A stretch of DNA of 64,000 nucleotides from Patescibacteria group bacterium (lineage in GTDB: Bacteria; Patescibacteriota; Minisyncoccia; Phycocordibacterales; Phycocordibacteraceae): the NCBI GenBank assembly GCA_030837225.1, contig JAUPKX010000005.1, positions 8,049 to 72,048 of the forward strand. The letters are read 5' to 3'. Numbering within the stretch: position 1 is the stretch's first letter; every line of letters starts with the position of its first letter. The notes beneath the pieces were generated by a model, which was given only the letters and a program-made list of their open reading frames with translations, made no database searches and was not told where the DNA came from. This document shows, piece by piece, positions 46,573 to 56,600 of this stretch. The position numbers and the translations under genes were made by a program.

Positions 46573-47562
46573 ATGCATAAAATGGCTTTCGTTGATGAGA
46601 TGCACGTACACGCAGTAGCCGGACACGGGGGTCCGGGTGTTGTGCGATGGCTCCATATGAAAGGGCAAGACAAAGGCGGTCCCGCCGGAGGCGATGGTGG
46701 ACGCGGTGGCGACATTATCGTAGAGACCGTTCGCGATCTTGGTGCACTCGCTGCGTATCGTTACACGAAGCGCATCAAGGCAGAGAATGGAGGGCCGGGC
46801 GAGGGTAACGACCGTCACGGGAAGGATGGTGAGCCAGTAGTACTCAAGCTCCCGGTTGGGAGTACGGTAGCGGTCTCCTCAACAGGTGACGTGTTCGACC
46901 TTCTTAAGGAAGGGGAGCGTATCATCGTTCTCAAGGGAGGACCTGGAGGTTATGGCAATGCCCACTACAAAGGCCCGACAAATCAGAACCCGATGAACTC
47001 CATGCCGGGTCGAAACGGCCAGACTGGGGATATCCATATCACCCTTAAGCTCATCGCTGACGCGGGTCTTATCGGCTTCCCGAACGCAGGGAAGTCCTCC
47101 CTCTTGAACGAGCTCACCCGTGCGCGCTCTCGTGTCGGCGCCTATCCGTTTACGACGCTCGATCCTCATCTCGGAGATTTCTATGGGCGTATTCTTGCTG
47201 ATATTCCAGGACTTATCGAGGGTGCCTCGGAAGGGCGAGGTCTCGGTTCTCGGTTCCTCAAGCACATAGAACGTACTAAGTTTCTTGTACATCTCGTCTC
47301 GGTTGAACAAGAAGACGTTGTTGCAGCCTATAGGGCCATACGGGACGAACTAAGTGCGTTTGGTAACGGTCTGGACGAGAAGGAAGAGCTGGTGGTGCTC
47401 TCGAAAGTGGACCTCTTGACCCCAGAAGAGGCTGAAAAGCTCCGAATTGGCCTGGAGGAGGCAGCAGGGAAGCGGGTGCTCGCACTCTCCATTGCAGACG
47501 AGAATCTCCTGAAGGCATTTTCCGATACGCTCACGAAAGAGCTAACCCGGGACGAGGCGTAG
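46573..47562 (+). CDS. obg: GTPase Obg.
   Basis: Gly-rich Obg fold 'GGPAGGDGGRGGDII', G-domain 'GFPNAGKSSLLN' and 'DIPGLIEGA'. Confidence 0.85.
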   Translation: MHKMAFVDEMHVHAVAGHGGPGVVRWLHMKGQDKGGPAGGDGGRGGDIIVETVRDLGALAAYRYTKRIKAENGGPGEGNDRHGKDGEPVVLKLPVGSTVAVSSTGDVFDLLKEGERIIVLKGGPGGYGNAHYKGPTNQNPMNSMPGRNGQTGDIHITLKLIADAGLIGFPNAGKSSLLNELTRARSRVGAYPFTTLDPHLGDFYGRILADIPGLIEGASEGRGLGSRFLKHIERTKFLVHLVSVEQEDVVAAYRAIRDELSAFGNGLDEKEELVVLSKVDLLTPEEAEKLRIGLEEAAGKRVLALSIADENLLKAFSDTLTKELTRDEA

Positions 47563-47600
47563 GTGGCGGGGGAACTTGTGCCTGTGCTAGCATCACTCCT

Positions 47601-49031
47601 ATGAGCGAATACCGACCGACCATAGGCCTTGAGATCCATGCTGAGCTAAACACTTCAACGAAGATGTTCTGCTCCTGCAAGAACGAGCCTGAGGGCTCTG
47701 AACCAAACGTGCATGTCTGCCCGGTATGTATGGCTCACCCTGGAGCGCTACCGGTTGCGAACAAGGAGGCAGTGCGAAAGGTGCTTCAAGTCGGGACTGC
47801 TCTCGGCAGTACGCTCGCGGACTTTACTGAGTTCGATCGCAAGAGCTATTTCTATCCAGACATTCCGAAGGGATATCAGATCAGCCAGTACGAACATCCT
47901 CTCGTTTCAGGAGGTGAGCTCGCTGGCGTTGCGATCACGCGCGTGCATCTTGAAGAAGATACGGCACGCTCGTCGCATACAACAAGTGAAGGGGTTAGTC
48001 TTGTTGATTTTAATCGAGCCGGGGTGCCACTCATGGAGCTTGTTACAGAACCCGTTATCCATGACGCAGAAACAGCAGGAGTATTTGCGCGTGAGCTTCA
48101 GCTCCTCCTTCGAACCATTGGCGCGTCGCATGCAAATCTTGAAAAGGGAGAGATGCGAATCGAGGCTAATGTTTCGGTCTCAAAAGATGGCACCATGGCA
48201 AAGAAATATGTGGAGGTTAAAAATATAAACTCCTTCCGTTCGGTCGAACGTGCGATTGCATTTGAAATTGCACGACAGTCAAAGCTCATTGACGAGGGAG
48301 GTGTCGTTTTGCAAGAGACGCGCGGGTGGGACGAAGGAGGCCAGAAGACCTTCTCGCAGCGCCTTAAGGAAGGGAGTGCCGATTACCGCTATTTCCCGGA
48401 ACCAGATCTTCCGAAACTTATCCTCTCAGAGATACCTGAGTTTGCCGCCGAGGCATTGCGTGCGTCGTTACCCGAGCTGCCTTGGGAACGAAGAGCGCGA
48501 TACCGAGAACTCGGTCTCAAGGAAAACGACATAGTGTTTCTTGCGGGCTCAAAGGAACGAGGGGAATTTTTCGATGCTGTCATTACCGAAGTTGAGGGCG
48601 ACACCGATCTCCTCATCGCGTGTGCAAATTACCTCATCTCTGACGTAGCAGGTTGGTATACAAAAAGCAGCAAGGAGGAGTATGAAGGACTCGCTCCAAC
48701 TTCGTTAGTTTCGTTAATTCGGCTTGTGTCCAAGGGAGACCTTTCTTCCCGTGGTGCCAAGGATGTCCTCGTAGTCCTCTTAGAAGAGGGAGGTGATCCA
48801 GAGACCATCGCCAAGGATCGAGGATTAATCCAGGTTAGTGACGAGAACGCGCTTCATGTGGCGGTCCTAGGAGTCCTTAGAGAGCACGAGGGTCCTGTGG
48901 CGGAATATCGGTCAGGCAAGGAATCGTCCCTTCAATTCCTCATAGGTATGGGTATGAAGGCAACCCAAGGAGCCGGCAATCCCGGTACGCTTAAGAAGCT
49001 TCTCCTCGAGGAGCTCAACAAGGGGACGTAG
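47601..49031 (+). CDS. gatB: Asp-tRNA(Asn)/Glu-tRNA(Gln) amidotransferase subunit B.
   Basis: 'PTIGLEIHAELNTSTKMFCSC' N-terminus and the overall GatB motifs. Confidence 0.85.
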   Translation: MSEYRPTIGLEIHAELNTSTKMFCSCKNEPEGSEPNVHVCPVCMAHPGALPVANKEAVRKVLQVGTALGSTLADFTEFDRKSYFYPDIPKGYQISQYEHPLVSGGELAGVAITRVHLEEDTARSSHTTSEGVSLVDFNRAGVPLMELVTEPVIHDAETAGVFARELQLLLRTIGASHANLEKGEMRIEANVSVSKDGTMAKKYVEVKNINSFRSVERAIAFEIARQSKLIDEGGVVLQETRGWDEGGQKTFSQRLKEGSADYRYFPEPDLPKLILSEIPEFAAEALRASLPELPWERRARYRELGLKENDIVFLAGSKERGEFFDAVITEVEGDTDLLIACANYLISDVAGWYTKSSKEEYEGLAPTSLVSLIRLVSKGDLSSRGAKDVLVVLLEEGGDPETIAKDRGLIQVSDENALHVAVLGVLREHEGPVAEYRSGKESSLQFLIGMGMKATQGAGNPGTLKKLLLEELNKGT

Positions 49032-49048
49032 GTCGTGGTTGCTAAGTA

Positions 49049-49085
49049 GAAACCACCCGGGTTTGCTCCCGGGTGGTTTCTTTCT
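49049..49085 (+). terminator. Rho-independent terminator after gatB.
   Basis: 'gaaaccacccgg-gtttgctc-ccgggtggtttc' followed by tttctgttt. Confidence 0.6.
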
Positions 49086-49158
49086 GTTTAAATCAGGCTG
49101 GAGTTATGGGTGTTCATAACCTATTCGAAACGAGGCAAGAAAGTATTATAATCCATGC

Positions 49159-50067
49159 ATGGATGAGATAACTATTGGTGACAAGACATATGTCTCGTCA
49201 AAGCAGGCGGCAAAAATTACTGGTTACGCGAAAGACTATGTCGGTCAGCTTTGTCGAGAAGGGAGAGTAGAGGCTCGCTTAGTTGGCCGTAACTGGTATG
49301 TACTAGATTCAGCTATCCGAGAGCATAGATTTGGAAAGGAAGATGAAGTTGAGCTGGTAGTTAAACAGGAGCACGCCGTTACTGATAGAGCCTCAACATG
49401 GCAGAAGCCTCAGTATGTAGCTGAAACGCCTGTTTTAGTGCCTGAATTTAGCAATAAGGCAACAGAAACTGTGGGATCTCCGGCAATTGCTGATATGCAG
49501 TCTGCATGGAGAGAGTGGTTCGATGAGAAAAAGCCTCCACAGGTAGCGTTACCTGACGGGTCTGATGACTTTAAGGATGAGTATCTTCCAATAATCGTAC
49601 CAGAAACCGCTCCTGAGCCTGTTTTAGAGGCTCCAGCGATAGCGCAGACACAGAACGCTGACCAGGAAGAAATAGTCGCTATCTCACGAATTCGAAACCC
49701 TGAGCCAGAACCGCTAACAGTCGCAGAACAAGCAATACCGGAAGAAGAAAGAGTTGAGCTACATCGATCATATGCAACAGCGAACACTCCCCGCGAGGAA
49801 TACGAGGAAGTCTATCCAGAACAGCCGTTTGTTCGACAGGCACAGAGGCCAATAACTAAGCCAGCTGCTGTAGAGGTTAAGACATCGGGCAGCAGCATCG
49901 TCGTACGCGCACTCCTAGTCGTCGTATCTGTAGCTGCAATACTTACAGCGCTTATAGGAACAGGGAATGCGGAACAGCTTCTTTCAGGAACGAGCCTTGA
50001 TTACGGAGTGCAGAAGTCGATAGTAGACTTTCTCGGAGGAAAGAGCACGTATAAAAGTAGCTTATAA
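49159..50067 (+). CDS. Hypothetical protein with an N-terminal excisionase/MerR-like HTH-like domain, an acidic Pro/Glu-rich linker and a C-terminal TM helix. The N-domain is paralogous to the start of the downstream giant gene.
   Basis: 'SSKQAAKITGYAKDYVGQLCREGRVEARLVGRNWYV' fits the HTH_17-like pattern. C-terminal 'IVVRALLVVVSVAAILTALIG' is hydrophobic. Confidence 0.5.
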   Translation: MDEITIGDKTYVSSKQAAKITGYAKDYVGQLCREGRVEARLVGRNWYVLDSAIREHRFGKEDEVELVVKQEHAVTDRASTWQKPQYVAETPVLVPEFSNKATETVGSPAIADMQSAWREWFDEKKPPQVALPDGSDDFKDEYLPIIVPETAPEPVLEAPAIAQTQNADQEEIVAISRIRNPEPEPLTVAEQAIPEEERVELHRSYATANTPREEYEEVYPEQPFVRQAQRPITKPAAVEVKTSGSSIVVRALLVVVSVAAILTALIGTGNAEQLLSGTSLDYGVQKSIVDFLGGKSTYKSSL

Positions 50068-50175
50068 AATAACAGTTTCTCGTCTCGTATATACGAGATA
50101 GACCAATAAGATTCTAGTTAACGAGATTGGTGCAAATTAGGTAAGATCATCTACTCTAACCGATCTGTTAAAGAT

Positions 50176-50198
50176 AAAGCCCTCATTTGAGGGCTTTA
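50176..50198 (+). terminator. Hairpin terminator downstream of the 49159 gene.
   Basis: 'aaagccctca-ttt-gagggcttt' followed by AT-rich sequence. Confidence 0.5.
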
Positions 50199-50679
50199 TG
50201 TACATAAGGGGTCATGGCAAGCATCCAGATAAAGGGTGCAATATCCTCTATTGTAATGCGCTGCATGCACTTAACTGGTGAAAATACCTTTTTAAGTCTA
50301 ACAATCAGTAACTATACCTATATATAGGATACGTAAGTGCAATAGAGTCTAGCTATTTCAATCCGACTTACTAGGTAAGTACTAACTATAACGGATTGCC
50401 GACCTTACGTGCTTAATTAATGTATAGATACGATAGAGTTCGAGCTTTTTTGTTGAGTCGTGGCTCTTTGCACACAAACTTAAATACTCTAGGTATGAAA
50501 TGTTGATCATGGCGCCTAAATCTTCTGTGAGAATTTTGTTTTTCTTTATAAACAAATTCCTATGGTTGCGATCGATAACTTTGTGAACTTACGCTTAAGA
50601 CTATCCACAAATGAGTATGCGGTAAATGCTAAATAACAAGCTAAAATGTAGCTAATTCGGATATCCGACCTACTGCACC

Positions 50680-53600
50680 TTGAACTCTCTTCTCCAGAAA
50701 AATTTAATCTCAACGAAAGAGGCTTCTGCACTTTCTGGTTACAACGCCGACTACTTGTCGAGACTTTGTCGTGAGAAGAAAATTGCGAGTTCACAAGTTG
50801 GTCGCACGTGGCTGATTGAGAGAGCCTCACTCGAGGTTTTCATGGAGACTCAATTAGATAGGAAAATTGAGCTTGCTGAGAATCTTGCTCGGGAGAGGGA
50901 GCTTGAATATAGAAAGGCAAATAGTTCTGTCACCCAGGTTTTTGAGGCGGGGAATGATCTTGAGAATAAGATGCGCGTGGCAGCGAGTTCAATGCTTGGA
51001 GCTTTTTCCTCTGTACGCATACCACGTTCTATGCCAGTTATGAGTGGTCGTGCATTTGCTGCAGGACTTACTGCAGTCATACTCGGCGCTAGCGTAACAC
51101 TAGCGGGTAGTGGCGTTGTGGCACGCGCAGGTGAAATGTTATTGGCTTCAGCATTTGAGGTTCGCGCACTCGTTGTTACTGCTGTCTCCACATCAAACTC
51201 ACTTGCAGTAGAGAAGACTGCGGAATTTTCTAGAATTGCAGAAGATGAAATAAAAAAAGTAGACACATCGCTTGTTCGTGCGGCAGACACACGAGTGGCA
51301 ATGTTTCCCCTTACTCTCGGTGGAGTCATTGAGAATTCACACGAGCCGGTAGAGATGACTGAACTCGCGTATGCCCGTGCAAATGAAATCTTTGAAACGT
51401 ATCCCGAGCCTATTGCGTCCACGCAGACGGTTGAAAAAATCATGTATGCAGCAATGCACCCTAAAGAAGTGCTGGCAACAATTGCACGTGAGGCGATGTT
51501 TGCATACAGCCGACTTGGCGTGTACGCACTCAACGATATTCAAACCGTCCTCGCTCTTCACCTATATGGAGTTGAGGCGGCAGCGAACGGCCTCCTATCA
51601 GTTAGTGACAATACGAGGGATATCGCAGGACAGGCACCACTAGCTATCGGAAATGCATTTGTTACTACGTCCTCTGCAGTGCTGTCTTCGTACGAACATG
51701 CGGTCTACGCATATGTCGAGAACATTGATGTACTACCGAGCGCTATCACCGGTTTGGTATACGGGCTCGGGAACGGTATTGGCGGCTCAGTAGCGATGGG
51801 TGTACAGACTGCACCGGTTGCCTACGAAGAGAGCGTACTGGCCTTCGTAGAGGAGTCAGTATCTGCAGGATCGATGATCTCCGAAGGCTCGTTCGCCTTT
51901 GGAAAAGAAGCAGATAGAACGGTTTCAGGCCTTCTGGAAGCTGAGGACCGTGCCATAGTCCAGTCAGTAGAGAGTGTAAGGCTGGCCGTTACGAGTATTG
52001 AGAACACGACAGCAAGCGCAGCGCTCGCCATCGAATCAGTACCCTCAGTGGCTACTGACAAAGTCCTTGGAATTGTGGGAGGTATTGCACTTCGTATCGA
52101 GTCGACGGATACCAGCATGCTCTCAGCATCGCCGCTAGTTTCTCTTGATATTGATCGATTCATTCCGGGGTTCCTACGGAACGTAACTGCGGTTCTGGCG
52201 CATGCAGTGGGCAGCGCTTTCCACGGAATCTTCGGTCCGCTCGCTGGTTTCTTCGGCGCGTCGGAAGAAGTGGGACTCGCGGTTATCCCAAGCGATGGGA
52301 GTTCATTCTCTGGACCAAGTGGTGCAACCGGTACGGAAGAGGCAGTGAAAGGAAACACGACGGTCTATACCGGACCGGTAACCATCGTACGTAACGAATA
52401 CCCAACGGTGACGTACGGCGGGGTACCGCAGTCCTACGTCGACGAGCGCTACGAGTTCCTTCGCCGTACGCTTTATAACCGAATCGAAGATGTTTCAAAT
52501 GACGACACGTTCTACGGCGAGGTACGAGATAGCGGTATTTACGATAGCAGCATTGTTGATTCGACTTTTACCAATGGCGAAATCATCGATTCAACAATCA
52601 CTGGAGGAACTATCACGGGCGCTGCCCTCGATGTTTCGACCTCGACTATCACTGGCTCGCTAACTGTTAATGGAGACATCGCAGCTAATGCCATTGTCTC
52701 GACAAGCTCGACAAGTACGAACGCTACGTCAACGAATCTTTTTGCAACTAATGCATCCTTCACCAACCTTCTTGGCGGGAGTGCAACAATAACGAACGCA
52801 ACCTCGACATCGTTCTACGCAACACTCGCAACCATCGTTGATGGATTCTTCACGAACCTCACCGCGACACTCGCAACCATTACGAATGCGGTTATCACAA
52901 ACCTCACCGCAACGAACGCGACGCTCACGAATGCGACATCGACTAACGCTACGTCAACGAACCTCTTCGCCACCAACCTCACGGCTACGAGCGCAACCTC
53001 AACAAACCTCTTTGCTACAAGTGCACGCATCACGACCGGTATCATCGACGCGCTCACCTCACCGCTCGCAACCATAACCACTGCGATTGTCACAAACCTC
53101 ACGGCAACGAACTCAACGCTTACAAACGCAACCTCAACAAACTCGTTCGCACTTTCGTACCTCACCCCGTCCAGACTCTTGTCCGTCGGATCGAATGGCG
53201 TCGCAACCTCAACCAGCCTTTCCTCATGGGTTGCGGGTACCCTAAACCAACTCACCGTAACGGATAACGGTACCGGGGGAATCACACTCTCGCTCCCTTC
53301 GACCATTGCGATCGGCACCTCGCAGGTAACTACCATCCGAAGCGATGGTGCTACCTCGACCTTTGGTGGCGGTATTCAGGCCTCTATTGTCGAGGGAGGG
53401 CAGTATATCGCTGGTCCGTACGTCCTTGCTACCTCAACAACCGCTACCTCTGCATTCTCGGGCAATATTGCAGTTGGCAGGAATGCGACCTTTGGAACCA
53501 GTGCCTCTGATCTCCTTACGGTTAATAGCTCCGTAGCATCAAACCTCATTCCGACCACCAACAACACGTATGACTTCGGCTCAACCGCAAGCTACTGGCG

Positions 53601-56600
53601 CCGGGGCTATATAGACGACCTTACCGTTAACAATCTCTCGGCCGCATCGACTTCTATTGCAGGTACGGTTTCAAACTCGTTTACAATTAACGCCGACAAC
53701 GCGACGAACGACACGGAGGACGTAACACTCATTTTCAAGAGGGGCACCGCATCACCAAATGCGCTCATGACGTGGAATAGCTCAACGGATCGTTTTGAGT
53801 TCAACATGCCGGTATTCTCCGCAACCGGCCTCTTCACGAGCGCAACTTCGACAAACTTCGGCACCACGAACTTCACCCTTAACAGCAACACCTTCACGAG
53901 TCTTCTTGGTACGGGACTCTCGAACGTGAGCGGTGCACTTACGGTTGATTACGACGCCCTCGATTCCGACTTCTTCCGTCAGGGAGGGAACTCATACGCA
54001 ACTACTGCAATGCTCGGTACAAATGATGCTAACGATCTCGCGTTTGAGACGAATGGTACGACGAAGATGACGATCCTTTCGGGAGGGAATGTTGGTATCG
54101 GCACCACGACACCAACCGGCAGACTCTCCATTGTTGCGAGCACAACCGGGGACTCACTCGTGATAGCAAGCACTACGGGCGCCCGCATGCTCACCGTTAA
54201 TCCAGGCGGATCCCTCATCTTCTCTGCAACGGGCCAGTCATACAAAGTGGTGTCTGGCGCAGACGAATATGGCCCAGACATTTTCCTTAATCGCACAATA
54301 GGGACCGAAGCGACCGCGAACGAGCACGGCATCATCGATCGCAACCAATTTGGAAGGGCGACCAAGGCCTATAACTCGTACGATTCTCAAACATACTTCA
54401 CTGGTACGAGTAACTACGACCACTACGCCGGCTTCCAGGCGCGGGGCGTGATGAATTCATCCGGTACGCTGACGGACTACTACTCGTTCTACTCAGCGCC
54501 TCAAGCAAGTGCAGGAACCATAACGAACGTATACGGGCTCAAGGCAGCTAATCCAGCAGGTGCAGGTGCAGTTACGAACAACTACGGTGTCTATATTGAT
54601 AGTCAGACGAAGGGAACGAATAACTTTGCCATCTACACAGATGGCACCACGAAGTCCTATTTCGGAGGAAACGTCGGCATCGGTACAACGACACCATCTT
54701 CTCTCCTCGACCTGTATAAGAGCACGGACGGATACACCAAAATAACCGTACGGAACCCGAACACGGGTACTGATGCGTTAACTGGTATAGATTTCGTGCA
54801 GGACCTGGGCGGCGTGGGATCCTTGTACGCTACAGGAAATACCTTTGACGGAAATGCAGACTTTGGCGCAATGTCAGGCTTCTCGAATAGCCTCTGGTTA
54901 GACGCATCGTTTGAACTAACTGGAGGCTTGAAGCTCGTAGCACGCAATGGAGACATTGGCTTCTATGCAGGAAGTAGATCGACACAGAACGTAACAATAT
55001 CGGGTACGAATGGAAACTTAGGCGTTGGCTCAACCACGCCGTATGCAAGACTCTCTGTTAAGGGAGCAGGTACAACTACCGGTGTTAACTTCCAGACCAC
55101 CAACTCAAGCAACTCACCACTCTTTACGGTACTTGATAGCGGTAACGTTGGTATCGGTACTACAACACCTGCCGAGCTACTCACCATTGATAGCGGAAGT
55201 CTCCGTTTCGAGTCAGTAAGCGCAGGGAGAGGAATACTCGCCAGCAGTAACGGTGTTAACCAGGTGTTCTCACTTACGCGGCAGGATACGGTTGCGTCTG
55301 CCGACCTATCAATATCTGGGTACGGGGGGGTCGGTATTACGGGCGGAAGGACGTCATCTCCTGCTACATCTGCCTACCACTTGTACGTAAATAGTGCCGG
55401 CAACGTTGGTATCGGTTCTACCACTCCAGCTGAGAACCTCACGGTTAACGGAGCAATTCAGTGGGGTAACACAACTCCTTCTACAGGAACAGCAAATATC
55501 TATAACTCAGGACGGCTCGGCACATACAACAGTGGTGCGTCACCGCTTGCACAATACAATTACGTGCAACCAGCAACAGGGAAAGCGCTTGTTGTCTGGA
55601 ACGCAAACAGCAATATAGTTGCAGCGTTCGGTCAGACCGGTAGTGATACGAACACTAACTCCTATTTTGCAGGCAACGTGGGTATTGGTACTACAAGCCC
55701 AGCTCAGAATCTGCATATAGATCAGGGCACAGCAAGTACCCTCCCTATTATTCAGCTTAGCGGAGCAGGCGGAACCATCGCAAAAATTGGTCGGGCAAGT
55801 AATTTCATGAATGCCGGAACTGCCGCTGACCTAGGAATTAATGCTCCGACAAGTCAATCACTGTATCTCGGAGTGGGCGGCTCATCGTTTGTAACACTTA
55901 AATCGACAGGCAACGTGGGTATTGGAACAACGACGCCTATCGGCAAACTCACCGTCTACGAGGATTCTGACGCCGTGATGTACACCGCTAATCCTTCTGC
56001 CAATGTATTCTCAGAAAACTACATTGACACAACCAACAATGTTACCAACCACCGGTCCGTTGCGTACGCTCACCAGTTTTACACTTCTGGTAGCACGATA
56101 GCAGCAGCAACAGAGAAGATGCGTATACACCAAAATGGAAACGTCGGTATTGGTACTACCTCACCTGAAGCAGCGCTCACCGTTAATGGAGATATAAAGA
56201 CAAACGGTGGCTTTACGACATACGCAACAAATGAAGTGTTTAAGGCTATAAACGGCGGTACGAGTGCTGTGGCGGCTCGCTACGGCAATAGCAACAATGA
56301 TTTCTATGTCGGTACAGAAGGCAATACTGCGGGAGGCTACTTCACCGGTGCACTCGCAAATAGCTCTGTACTCTATAGTACCCGCGCAGTGCAGACCATC
56401 ATAGGAGGAGTATCGAGAATGATTATTGATACGTCAGGCAACGTTGGTATTGGTACGACCAGCCCAGAAGGGAAGCTTGATGTCAATGCTGGACTCGGGG
56501 TCTACTCATACATTGGAGGTTCAGTACTGGGACATAGAAGCATCCGTATGGGCGCTGACGCTAGTGGGTATGCAACGATTCAAGGCACAGGAAGAGGTAC

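Noticed and set aside
50680-50842. Possibility that the giant gene starts only at the first ATG (50842), making the upstream 160 nt non-coding.
   Set aside because: It is not fully rejected, but considered less likely. The region 50700-50840 encodes a domain clearly homologous to the N-terminus of the neighbouring protein, which argues for a non-ATG (TTG 50680) start.
50546-54956. Series of minus-strand ORFs from the track: 50546-50830, 50850-51533, 51337-51561, 51822-52358, 52815-53336, 53607-53897, 53979-54365 and 54657-54956, together with the later ones up to 63803-64000.
   Set aside because: All lie antisense to one continuous, motif-rich plus-strand frame. Their products are low-complexity mirror images (Val/Ala/Ser-rich) of the sense Thr/Asn/Gly-rich repeats. 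None has a recognisable domain.
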